From the NCBI RefSeq assembly GCF_009914755.1, contig NC_060934.1: a stretch of 64,000 bases of DNA. One strand, 5' to 3'. The notes beneath the pieces are model-generated. The model did not search any database. It saw only the letters and a list, made by a program, of their open reading frames with translations, and was not told where the DNA came from. Shown one piece after another: positions 35,210 through 51,469 of this stretch (the first letter of the stretch is position 1; the number at the start of each line of letters is the position of its first letter). The position numbers and the translations under genes were made by a program. Source of the stretch: the human T2T-CHM13v2.0 reference genome, Homo sapiens.

Positions 35210-36049
35210 AGCACCACTGTCACAACCAGTTTGTGACCAAACTGGGCCTACACCATTGATAACAAAATGTCGAGTTATCTCATAGGTATAATGGAGCCCC
35301 AAACTGCAAGTCATGTAGCACGCACGACAGAAAAAGCATTAATGACTTAACAACACCTGGAACCAATAATTCCTCTCCTCAGAACCCAGACTGGGACAGG
35401 AGCAGAACCTGAATGTCAGAACCTCTTTTGGAAGTGAGGGGTCCATTGGCCGGAAAAGATACAGGGCTAAAATTGGCCTCAACATAACTTACCGTAAATG
35501 GCAAAATTTGAAGCCCTCCAATCAGACCCTGCTAAGCCAACATTTCTAAATCCCTTCCCTTGCCCTCTGAGTCCATAAACTTGCCGCAGATCCCAAATCA
35601 GAAAGATTTGAGTCTGACTCTTGTCTCCTTCCTAGCCAGTTTTGCCATAAGCCTTTCTTTACTGCCCGGGCAGAGTGGCTGAAGCCTCCAATCCCAGCAC
35701 TTTGGGAAGCAATCACTTGAGCCCAGAAGTTCAAGACCAGCCTGGGCAACCTGGGGAGATCCCATTTCTACAAAAAATATAAAAATTAGCTGGGTGTGGT
35801 GGTGTGTGCCTCTAGTCCCAGCTACTCAGGAGGCTGAGTTGGGAGAATCACCTGAGCCCAGGAGTTTGAGGCTGCAGTGAGCTATGATCACACCACTGCA
35901 CTCGAGACTGGGCAACACTGTGGGACCCTGTCTCAGAAACAAACAAACGAACAAACAAAACAAAAAAACCTTTCTTTTCTAAAAAGCCAATGCCATAGTT
36001 ATTGGTTTTCTGTGCACACTGGACAGCAAGCCCATTTGCTTGAGAGCAG
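35210..36049 (+). mobile_element. MER66-family LTR (ERV1) containing an AluJ at 35664-35968
   Basis: 3' end cctttcttttctaaaaagccaatgccatagttattgg...cagcaagcccatttgct; Alu TSD cctttcttt(a/t)ct. Confidence 0.7.
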
Positions 36050-36257
36050 CCCCAGCTAGGAATCTATACTTTTTATCATCAATGAAATAACAAAATGACA
36101 TCATTCAAGGACCTGTTGTAATTAACAATGCATATTCCTGTGCTCCAAACCAGATTTACTGAATCAGAAATTCTAGAAGTGGGGTCCAGCAATCTGTGCT
36201 TTAACAAATTCTTAGGTCATTCTGATACACTATCAAGTTTGAGAATTAGTGGCTTCT

Positions 36258-36520
36258 AGCAACTGTTCTTAACATTTTGATTTTCGAATCAAAGACCCTT
36301 TTAAGAATCTGACGAAAGCTGTAGCTCCAAAAGAAACATGAGACACACACTATTTTGCTCCACAATTTCAGAATTTTCAAGATCACCTGGAGAACATTCT
36401 AAGAATACACATATCTAAGCCTTACTCTGTAACTTACACTGAGGGTGGGTCCCAGGAATCCTTAGGTTTAAAAAGCTCTCTGGGTTAGTTCTGAGGTTCA
36501 ATCACCTTTAGGAACCGTTG
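36258..36520. mobile_element. Further hAT-Charlie MITE fragments (MER5B-like and related)
   Basis: gacccttttaagaatctgacgaaagctgt; atcacctggaga...gggtgggtcccaggaatc. Confidence 0.5.
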
Positions 36521-37139
36521 CTTCAGCCATTGCGACCGTGAACACGGTTAAGAACACCTGGCCTAGAGTGAATATATCTCAGAGCAGAGCACCTCAGTCC
36601 AGAACTTAGACCTTTTCTTAACAGATCAGTTTCCTGGTCACTTTGCTCACTCAACATCCTACTTTCTCAGGAACCACAGGACCTTTAAATAATTTACCAA
36701 GAGCTTACATTGGAAAGCTGCCCATCCTCAGTATGTAGCTCTTTGAACCACATAGAGGCCCTTTAAACTTTACCCAATTATACACACCAGGTTTTCAAAT
36801 ACGAAAAATCTAGGGCTAGTAAGAGAATAAGCTCTTTGGTATTTTGCAGAAGATATTTATTTAAAGGTATTCTGGCTTCCTAAAAATATCAAGCAGCTAA
36901 ATCAGCACCCTGGGAAAGTGGTAATGCTGCCTCCCCAGAATACACAGAAACAGAACGTAAGTAAAAATAGTAAACAGAATAACCTCAAAAGTAGTTTCTT
37001 CTTGATGCTTAAAAAAGATGAAGATTCAATCATAGTTGATCTCAACTTTCTATGCATACTAAGAGGAACAAAGAAAAAGTGCCTCAAAAGAAGACACGAG
37101 AAACCAGAAGTAAAGTTAATCATTCAACAAAAAATTTAT

Positions 37140-37238
37140 CAGCCCTGGCAACATAGGGAGATCTTGTCTCTACAAAAATTACAAAAATTAGCTGGGCATG
37201 GTGGCGCACACCTGTGGTTCCATCTACTTAAGAGGCTA
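37140..37238 (+). mobile_element. Internal Alu fragment
   Basis: cagccctggcaacatagggagatcttgtctctacaaaa...tagctgggcatggtggcgcacacctgt. Confidence 0.8.
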
Positions 37239-37871
37239 AGTATGTTGCAATACATACAAACCCCACGCCCACAGGTACATATTAGTATAATATGTGGTAA
37301 AACCAGCTTGGCAGCTTTTGATGCAAAAAAGGATTAGGAAGTTTTATTCATTCAACAAATATTCATTGGAACATTTAAAGTGTATTAAGCACTGTCTCAG
37401 AGATTTTGGGTGATGCAAAGATGAAGCTAAACAGAAACTCAGTAGGAGACAACACTGTTCTGTGGTATGAAGGTTAAAGCTGTCGTTCCACGTATGTGAA
37501 GTACCAGTCTCAATACATTGATATCATTTGAAATGAAAATTAAAGACATACCATTCAGAAAGACATTAGAAACATTAGAAAACAAACAAACAAAACAAAG
37601 ACATTAGAAACATAAGAAAATAAAGCCAAGTGATACGGATAGTGAAGGTCTATCTAGAATCGTTATGTTATGAATGGCTAAAAGAAATAGAAATGTTTAG
37701 TCTAAAACCTTCATTATACTTTAATATACACGAAAAATTTCATATATCTTATTCTAGAGCAGAGGATCTCATCCTGAGTTTTCTTAGAAAGCATTTAAGG
37801 AGTCTTAGAATACCCTGTAATTATTTGCAAATATTTATAAATATGTGTTCTTTTCCCCTTAAAAGATTAGA

Positions 37872-38220
37872 TTTTCTTTTTCTTTTTTTTTTGAGACAGA
37901 GTCTCGCTCTGTTGCGCAAGCTGGAGTGCAATGGTACGGTCTTGGCTCCTTGCAACCTCCACTTCTGGGTTCAAGTGATTCTCCTGCCTCGGCCTCTCAA
38001 GTAGCTGGGATTACAGACACCTGTACCACACCTGGCTAATTTTTGTGTTTTCAGTAGAGACGGAGTTTTGCCATGTTGACCAGGCTGGCCTCAATCTCCT
38101 GACCTCGTGATCCACCAGCCTCAGCCTCCCAAAGAGCTGCGATTACAGGTGTGAGCCACTGCGCCCAGCTAAATTTTTAAATTTTTTGTAGAGACAGGTT
38201 CTCATTTTGTTGCCCAGGCT
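37872..38220 (-). mobile_element. Alu plus adjacent Alu left-arm fragment
   Basis: Antisense dimer 37872-38169, then tttttgtagagacagg fragment. Confidence 0.88.
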
Positions 38221-38225
38221 AATAC

Positions 38226-38359
38226 TGAATTTTCTATCCATGTTTCATTGCAGAGGCAGAACCCACAGACACAGAGGGCCAACTGTATGTACTGAAAAAA
38301 AATCCCTGTATAAGTAGATCTATGCAGTTCAAACCTGTATTGTTCAAGAGTCAACTGTA
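38226..38359 (+). mobile_element. Tigger2-family (MER8/MER28-type) terminal fragment
   Basis: gagggccaactgta...gaaaaaaaatccctgtataagt...cagttcaaacctgtattgttcaagagtcaactg-ta. Confidence 0.75.
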
Positions 38360-39150
<791 letters not shown>

Positions 39151-40348
39151 TTAGTTCTTGCAATAAATTGATTTAATAATTCTAGAATCCCAGTATTTTA
39201 ATATGGGTTATGGGTCTTTTCGTTGCCTGGCCTCTGGGAGACTTTGCCAGTTAGTACACATGGATAATACCATTAAATTAGGGTAGTTTTCTACACAACA
39301 CTAGTAAAGATCACCTCAGCTATAAAAAATCCAGAACTAGTGAAATTTAAATCATTGTACTTCTACTCAGTTCATTCTTTTCATAGTCATGTAACAAGAC
39401 TTTCATTTGGTTTATGTGTATACAAATTTAATAAGAGAAACATAAACATTTTTTCTCTTAGAGGACTGGTAAGTTACTTTCTAATGATTCATTTTGCTAG
39501 GCACATGATAAAAACTACTTGTGATCTGAAATGAATGAAATAAAAAAATGTAAATTTGTGGATGGAAATATCAACTAAAACAGCAAAAAATAACTTAAAC
39601 ACCTTTGGGAGTATTTGTTTTTTCTAGCAGTGGCAGCAGTGATTTAGCTTATAAATTAAAGTTTCAAGAGCAGTGACTTGCTTTTCATGAATAGTGACAA
39701 GCTCTACTTGATTGTTTGCATGTAGTTTAAATTTATGTATTTACAAGTTAAATCCTGTTAAATAAAGCGCCAAGAAAATTTACAAATACCTTAATGCTAA
39801 AATAAACAGTATTGTAATCCATATTACTTAAAGTTTCTGGATTACTGGTTGAATCTCATAATTTTTTTAAAACACAGTTTTCAGTGCAGTAGTATATACT
39901 ATAACAAGATTTTACATAAATATTAGATCACAGATGCCACAAATACTTCTAAATTATGGCATTTTAGAAAGGTCATTCATTATTCAAAAACCTGATTACA
40001 GGCAAAAATTCCAAGATGACTGTACCCATGTTACTTATAAAATTTAAATATATAATAAAAGAGTATGAAAATCACAGAAGTTAAAAAAATTTAAAGGAAA
40101 GATTAATGAAAGGTGAACAAAATCAAATATTACAATACAGCCTACATCAAATAAGCAATAATAAACAGGACAATTCTTTGAAAATATATAAATTACATGA
40201 CTGTTTTGGAAAGCACCAAAAGAAGTTTGGGTCAAAATAACCCAAACTTTTATAACTGAAAAAAACAAACCTTAAAGGAAGGTCTAAACTTTTATAACTG
40301 AGAAAAGAATCTTAAAGAAAGGTCTAAAAGGCATATATTAGACTTCTA

Positions 40349-40743
<395 letters not shown>

Positions 40744-41147
40744 CTACACTGGCAAGACACAAACAAAATAATCCAATAGGACTTTTTTATGTCTAATGTC
40801 TATGATTACTCTGAGGTACTTATTTATGGAAAGAGATTAAAATACACACTGTAGCAAAATGCTTGCAATTTTGCTATTACTATAAGTTCATGATATTCAG
40901 GATTGGAATTCATGTCACAATAATGAAGAGGACTGGCTGTAGAAATTTAAATTTCTTCATGAAGAAAGTAACGACAAGCTAAAAAAAATCAGTATGAAAT
41001 CTTTATTTTTTTAAGATAGCAAATATTGAGAAAAAATATTAAGTATATTAGTTGTTTCAAAACATGTCCAAACACTCATAGATATTTAGTAAGAAAAATC
41101 TGATTGCAATTACAACTACTTTGTTTCTTTTTAAGAAACAGGGCTTG

Positions 41148-41898
<751 letters not shown>

Positions 41899-42049
41899 TG
41901 GAATTACAATTTTGCAATGCTTTTGCTATCCTAGTCTCTATAATAAAGCTGGGTTTACAACTAATCTTTTATTTTAATCTGTCTCTTCATTTCTTTGGGT
42001 GGGGGAGGTTGACTGGAAATGGAAAATAAACTATGTATAGACATGAGAA

Positions 42050-42396
<347 letters not shown>

Positions 42397-42467
42397 CTAA
42401 ATTTATATTTCTATTCTGCATTTTAATTTCACTCCCACAGGCTTGTTTTAAAGAATTTTACTAAAAT

Positions 42468-43209
<742 letters not shown>

Positions 43210-43639
43210 CATTGCCTACAACCAACCTAGCCAAGTATTTTCCCCAGGAAGATTACACATTCTAATCCCCATTATCAGAAATAATCACTTCTACTGTTGT
43301 TATTCTAGCATCAGTCTCAAAGAATAAATGACTTCCTCGACCTTTTCTTGGTTTGGTGGTCTCAATGCCACCAAACCTTAACTGAAATAAACCATGGTCA
43401 CTCCATTTTATATTCATCCTTCTTGCCAGCAAATAAACCAACAAATACCTAGAGATAAGTAGTGTGTAGAACCAAACAAATCTTTCTGCTCTCACAGAGC
43501 TTTTATTCCAAGAATATATCACTACCTTCCTAGCCATATTCTGATGATCAGACCTCTCCTACTTCTTTTACTTACCACTTACATTCACTGCTACCATTCT
43601 CTCAGGTCCATCAAATAAAATATAAATATGTAATATTTG

Positions 43640-45000
43640 TTTTTCCTTCTTTATCAAAAATACACAATCAACACACTCATTGTCATAAAATAGGGCCTGA
43701 AGATAAAATCTTCAGGTCATCCTACTTTTATAATCACATGTGATCTAGCTGTCTAATTCTGCATTCCTTTGAAACTCCTCTCTCAAAGTAATGGCCCAAT
43801 TATTGATAAATTCAGTCCTCCACCCTCCTCAACACAGAGGCATTCGTATTAATGATAACCTATAAGAGGCTTATTTCTCCTTTGACTTTGAAAATACCAT
43901 ATTCTGATGCTTTCCCTATTTCTCTAATTTTTTTTTTCAATCTTCCCAGATGGCTCCACTTCTTCACAACCCTTAAATGTGGATGTGGCTCAAGATTAAG
44001 CCAATCACTTTGAACTCCAACTGATCAACTTATGGCTCTAAGTATTATCTATATGCAGTAAACTGTCACATCTAGGTCCTTTTTCTGACCTTTCCCATGT
44101 ACTAATTCAGTTCTTTTTAATTTAATTGCCCTTCTTGCATTTAATCTAACTCTTCCAACTGATCCTAAAAGACAAATTTAACTAAATCATTCCCTATTCA
44201 AAGCACTTTATTACTACATTTTGCAAGATATCCTAATCATCTTCACCTTGCAGATGAACTCTTCAGCAATTCAACCCTTTCTGCTTTCCAGATTCATAGT
44301 TCACTATGGTCATTTTCGTAATTATGCGTATCTCACATCCTTAAACGTCCTCTGTTCTTTTACATTTATTCTCGTCTAATTTAGCTCAAGATGTTTCCCT
44401 TTATCTGTTCAGTTCAATCTTTTTTTTTTTTTTAATTTTTTGAGACAGAGTCTCACTCTGTTGCCAAGCTGAAGTGCAGTGGTATCATCTCGGCTCACTG
44501 TAACCTCCGCCTCCAGGGTTCAAGCAAATTCTCCTGCCTCGGTCTCCTGAGTAGCTGGGACTACAGGTGTGTGCCGCCACACCCAGCTAATTTTTGTATT
44601 TTTGGTAGACACGGGGTTTCACCATGCTGGCCAGGATGGTCTCCATCTCTTGACCTCGTGATCCGCCCGCCTTGGCCTCCCAAAGTGCTGGGATTACAGG
44701 CCTGAGCCACTGCACTCTGGTCAATCTTTCCAAGGCCTAGTTCAAACATAGCCTTGTCTATGAATTAATTTCTGTATCTCATCACTCAAAATTAATCCTT
44801 TCCTGCTTTATATACCCACTGCTATCTGTTTGGACTTCTACTACCACACAGTAAAAATAGTTTTAACTTGTTATTTATGCATGTATCTGTCTCCACAAAA
44901 CTTTGGAGTTCTAGGAAGACAAAGATTTCTTCAATTTTGTTTTTGTATTTTCCATAGTATCTAAAAACAAAGGCTATCATTAAATATTTTTAAAGAAGTT
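43640..45000 (+). mobile_element. Diverged L2 fragments interrupted by an antisense AluSc-like element (44420-44720)
   Basis: Pyrimidine-rich L2-like tracts (cccttaaatgtggatgtggctcaag); Alu TSD tcaatcttt. The Alu is certain; the L2 extent is not. Confidence 0.55.
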
Positions 45001-45232
45001 CTAAAATTGAGGGTCATTAAGGAAAACACTTTCCACCAGCTCCTAGGAAGTTAATTTTAAAAGGCATTATTGAAAATGTAGAACTAAATTGTTGCAGCCA
45101 GTCTACAGTTTTTTATGAGGAAATTATGTAAGAAGAGCCACAACCATCTTAGGTCATCAAATTTAAAAAACAGCAATTAGAAGATAAAGATTCTTTCTGA
45201 AGTAGTTAAAAAAAAAAGGAATAGCATTTAGA

Positions 45233-45535
45233 TTTTTTGTTTTGAGTGAGGATCTCTCCGTGTCGTTGGGGCTGGAGTACAGTGGCTTGATCATGGCTCA
45301 GTCTCACTGCAGGTGTGAACTCCTCAGATCAAGTGATCCTCCTGCCTTAGCCTCCCTGAGTATCTCAGAACACAGACATGTGCCACTGTGCCCAACTAAT
45401 TTTTTTTTTTTTTTGGTAGAGACAGGGTCTCACTCAGGTTGGTTCTGAACTCCTGGCCTGAAGTGATACTCCTGCCTCAGCCTCCTAAAGTGCTCGGCCA
45501 CCCAAAGTCACAGGTGTGAGCCACCATGCCTAGCC
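45233..45535 (-). mobile_element. AluJ-like
   Basis: TSD gcatttaga. Confidence 0.85.
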
Positions 45536-46014
45536 TGCATTTAGAATTCTGAGGGCAACCATAAGTATTAACTGAAAATGTTAAGAAATTACAATTAGTG
45601 TTTCAAGCCTATGAGTTCTGTCTTCATTGGCTGCTTTCTTGCTATGATTCTATATAGGCTCACCAGAGAACCTGCTGATCAAGAAAGGGGTCTCTCTCAA
45701 GAAGCATTAACTAGATTTTGAATTGTTTTATGAGCAAGTTTCATTTCAAACAGAAAAAGGTACAATTTATTTCCAAATTGTTAGAGACAAAATTTTTTCA
45801 ACAGTTTAGTCAAGAAAAATCTGGTAGGTACAATTGATTCTTGTTATGCATGGTAGTTACGCTCTGTAAAGCCCCTTTAAACAATGAATTAGTAAATACT
45901 GAGCTACTGTTCTTAAGGAAAATACAAGGTAGGCTCCAATGAGCCCCTTGTCACATTTTTGTTAACTGTATTTATCCACAAACATGTTTCATGTGTGTTT
46001 CTGCTTAACCACAC

Positions 46015-46450
<436 letters not shown>

Positions 46451-47310
46451 TGATTCATTAATATTGAGATCACGAACAGCAGCACTATTAACTCATGCCT
46501 AAATGAAACTTGTCTAACACATGTATTTTCCACAAAAGGCATATCATCACAGCCTTCTTGCCCTTAAAAAACATTAGGCAGTACTCGGCACTACATTTGG
46601 GGAGTATTTTAAACAGCAAAATCACTAACCTAAACCAGAAAAACAGAACAATACAAAAAACATGACATTAAATAGACCATTAAAAGGATACTTGTTTACA
46701 GTATGAAATCTGAAACAAGAAAGCAGAACATCACCTGTTCAATCTCAGTTGGAAATGTGCGTATAGGTGACAAAAATTTTTCTCCACTCTGCGTAAGTCT
46801 ATGAATGGTCAAGGAAGTGCCATTTTGGGTTACAAATAATTTTTAGTGAGTAGGCATATTTGCAATTACAGAATCTGCATATAATGAGATCAGCTATATT
46901 TTCTACATGCTAGTAAGCCTAGTTATCTAGCTGTAAAAGATAGTCTCTCCTGGTTGACAGTATGAAGTTCTTAAAAGAAAAGGGGGTGGAGGATAGACAA
47001 TTTTTTTTAATTTAAAGCAAAAATCTCTATTTTACTCGTAAGTTCCCATTTTAAGATTTTCATAAATCAGGTTACACATTTCTTCGAAGTACCTGTTACT
47101 ATATAATTATTCCCTTCTTGAACCATATGTGTTTCTTTCACCACTTTGAAAGTTTCTCAAAATTAGGAACCAGTCATCTCCTTTGGCATCTTTTCTCATC
47201 ATCATACCCAGGATCCTGAAAAGTATATGCAGTTTAGTTGTGTCGACAGCGAAGTGTTTATTTAAAAACATTAAATAAACCAGGCGCGGTGGCTCACGCC
47301 TGTAATCCTA

Positions 47311-48478
47311 CAAGCCAGGGATGGCCTGAAGCCTGGAGGCCGGGCTGCCAGTTCTGGGTAGAGTCTCCAACCCAGAGAACTTCCTTGATGCCTTTTGGCC
47401 AGTCGGATAGTGCTTTTTCCAGGCCCACCCATGGACCAGTCAGCATGCACTTCCTCCATTCTGAGCCTATAAAAACCCCGGGCTCAGCCAGGCTTGGACA
47501 CTCATCAGGACTACCTGTCTGCAGATAGGAGCTACCTACTTCAGGTCTCCTCTCCGCTGAGAGCTGTTCTATCACTCCTCTCTGTCTTGCTCACCCTCCA
47601 GTTGTCCACATAACCTCATTCTTCCTGGATGCAGGACAAGAACTCTGGACCCACCAAATGGCAGGACTGAAAGGAGCTGTAACACATTCCTGGCTGGCTT
47701 ACTGAGGTGTGGGTGGTAACATGCTCCCAGATTGTGAAAGTGAAGAGTGGTGAACTTTCTGGGGGCCCAGACCTTGGGGTTCCCAAAGCCAGAGCTTCCG
47801 TAACACTACAGCCCTCCTGCCCTCCACCAGGTAGCCACCCCATGGGATGGGAAAAAGCAACAGGGCCGGGCCAGCCCAGGAGTTGCCAGCTGGAGCGGGA
47901 TGGCAGGACTGAAAGAGCTGTAACACAAATGGGCTGAAACTGCCCTCCAGAAACTCACCCCCTCACTCGCCACACTGCAGGTGACGAGAAAGAAAGAAGA
48001 GCTGTGGCCCTACTGGGAGCCCAGACCTCAGGGCTCCTCAAGCCAGGGCTGTGACACGCTGTAACACCCTTTTTGGGGGCTCTGCAGATCCTGGCATTTC
48101 TAAGCTTTCAGATGATACCACATTCCCTCCATCCACACGCGGGTGCTGCAGCGACAGCTGCTTACGGTACATCTGATCCAGCTGCAGCCTCACAATGGGG
48201 CCAGACCTGTGCTGGTGACTGGAACTGCCTGCCCCACTATAGCAGCCAGTATGCCTGGCTGTGCACAGTGATTGGACCCTGTGCTTGCCCGGTCACACAC
48301 CCCTCACCACTCTGCTCCTGGCTCGCCCTTGATAGGCGTGAGATCCAGGCCAGTAGTGTGAGCCGAGTTCAGCCTGCCAGGCCAAGTAGGCAGAATGAGC
48401 CCAGTGGGAATAAGCAAAACTCAAGCACTGGTGCCACTGGCCACAGAATTTCCAGCTGGTGAAGTGACATCTGTGACA
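47311..48478 (+). mobile_element. MER52-family LTR (ERV1), 5'-truncated, fused to a 30-nt Alu head (47279-47309)
   Basis: gggatggcctgaagcctgg, cctataaaaacccc, repeated gaaa(g)gagctgtaacac, ends ggccacagaatttccagctggtgaagtgaca. Confidence 0.8.
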
Positions 48479-48479
48479 T

Positions 48480-48813
48480 AAACAGGACCATGTCTCCTCT
48501 GAAAACTGTACCAGAGCCCTTCCTTGCCTCTCCTAGCTTCTGGTGGTCTGCTGGCAACCTTTTGCAATCCTGAGCTTGCAGAAGCATCATGCCGATCTCT
48601 GCCAATGTTGACACATGGTGTCTACACTGTGTATCTCTGTATCCATATTCTCTCTTATAAGAACCCTAGATTAAGGGCAACTCTAACGACCTCATCTTAA
48701 TTTGATTATATCTTCAAAAACCCTATTTCTTAAGGTTATATTCACAAGTACTATATACTACAAGTATTAGGTTTTCAATATATCTTTTTGGGGAAAACAT
48801 TTCAACCCGTAAC
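48480..48813 (-). mobile_element. MLT1C-like LTR fragment (MaLR)
   Basis: ccttccttgcctctcctagcttctggtgg...gacctcatcttaa...ttcaacccgtaaca. Confidence 0.8.
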
Positions 48814-48873
48814 ATATCTATTTAAGATGTTCTCCCGACATCAGTAAAAGACAGAATGCCACATTCATTCTAA

Positions 48874-49626
<753 letters not shown>

Positions 49627-50681
49627 CAGATTTCTTATTATAGTTTCTCAGCAAGACCATTTAAAAATGGTTAATTAACAACAAAACAGAGCTCACCTAC
49701 GGCACAAACAATAGCACAAATAATAGAGCAAAACAAACATTTCAAATGCCCTACAAATAATGTCAACTTTGATACTGCTGCCCATAGTTTTTGTATAAAA
49801 AAACTATTAATTGATAATCTTCTCTTTGGCAAAAACATAAAAACGATTTGAAGATGAACAAACTGGGTTAATTCCTATGAATTCCAAGAAACTCTACAAG
49901 AATGCCCTCATCCTTGTGTTCAAATTCATCTCTGAAATTCAGAGATGATTTTGCCTTGGAAAATCATCTCTGCAAGAAATAGTTAAAGCCTTTCAAGGAA
50001 CCCAGTCTTCTTGAATTTTCAGTTTTTTTTTTTACAGATGATCAGGTCTTTGAATTATGTCACTTATAATGATGATGATGATCCTATACTTATTTCCAAC
50101 AAATAAGACTGTAGGATAAATTCCTTACAAGTGGAATGTCTGAGTTGATGAGTATGTACAATTAGAACTGCTGATGATCTGTGTTTTCTAGAAAAACAGC
50201 TAAGTATACAGCATTAAACAACACACTACTTGAATGCTGACTCCACTAGGCAGTTATTACATTAAAGTTAATACAATGTTCAACCAAATATTCAAGTTAA
50301 TACACTCAGGCAGTCTGGTAAGAAAGCCTGATTACAGTACTAGTGAGGCCAAGGTCAAGGACACTATCTCACATGAAGCTCTGTATGCTGGGTTCAGAGT
50401 GACAAACTATCCTCCCATAGTAAGTCAGCCTGGTTATCAAAAGCACAATAAGATTAGAGATGAAAATATTTGTACCAAAAGAAAGGGAAGCTATCTTTGT
50501 TTGTCTAGATACAAATAAGAGATTTACACACATCTAAGTTTGCTACTTTAGGAAATGGTATTATTGTTTCAAGAGCTTGAAAAAAGAAAAATGTTCTATC
50601 ACAGGAAGAATTTTTTTATTCGAACCATCTCCACTATATGAACAAAATCTTTGCTGTTTCTTTGTCTGAATCTTCATATCA

Positions 50682-51077
<396 letters not shown>

Positions 51078-51161
51078 TCAATGTTAAGACCTTGGCATAT
51101 TTTCTCAGGCTACTGAAGCATATATCCCAGGAAGGGCAATAAAAGAAAATGCATGAGAACC

Positions 51162-51447
51162 TTTTTTAAGACAGAGTCTGCTCTGTCACCCAGGCTACAG
51201 TGCAGTGGCATGACCTTGGCTCACTGAAACCTCTGCCTCCTGGGCTCAAGTGATCCTCCTGCTTCAGCTTCCCCAGTAGCTGGGACTATAGGCATGTACC
51301 ATCACGCCTGGCTAATTTTTGTTTCTTTGCAGAGATGGGGTTTTGCCATATCGTCCAGACTGGTCTTGAACTCCTGGCCCCAAGCAATCCTCCCACCTTG
51401 GCCTACCAAAGTGCTGGGATGACAGGCATGAACCACCACATCCAGCC
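51162..51447 (-). mobile_element. AluJ-like
   Basis: TSD tgagaa(c/t)ctt. Confidence 0.88.
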
Positions 51448-51469
51448 TCTGAGAATCTTTCTCTCTCAC

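Larger units (their letters stand above)
34653..36118 (-). mobile_element. MER6A (TcMar-Tigger), split by an LTR
   Basis: ataggttcttgg...; ctttgggatttgggaggaaacc...acccacgcagacatgg...gtgcaaactcc; resumes at ~36052 and ends aggacctgttg-ta. Confidence 0.8.
34607..36252. mobile_element. MER5A (hAT-Charlie), split by nested insertions
   Basis: cagtggttctcaaa...ccagcagcatc at 34607; tactgaatcagaaattct...gtggggtccagcaatctgtg...aagtttgagaa at 36120-36252. Confidence 0.75.
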
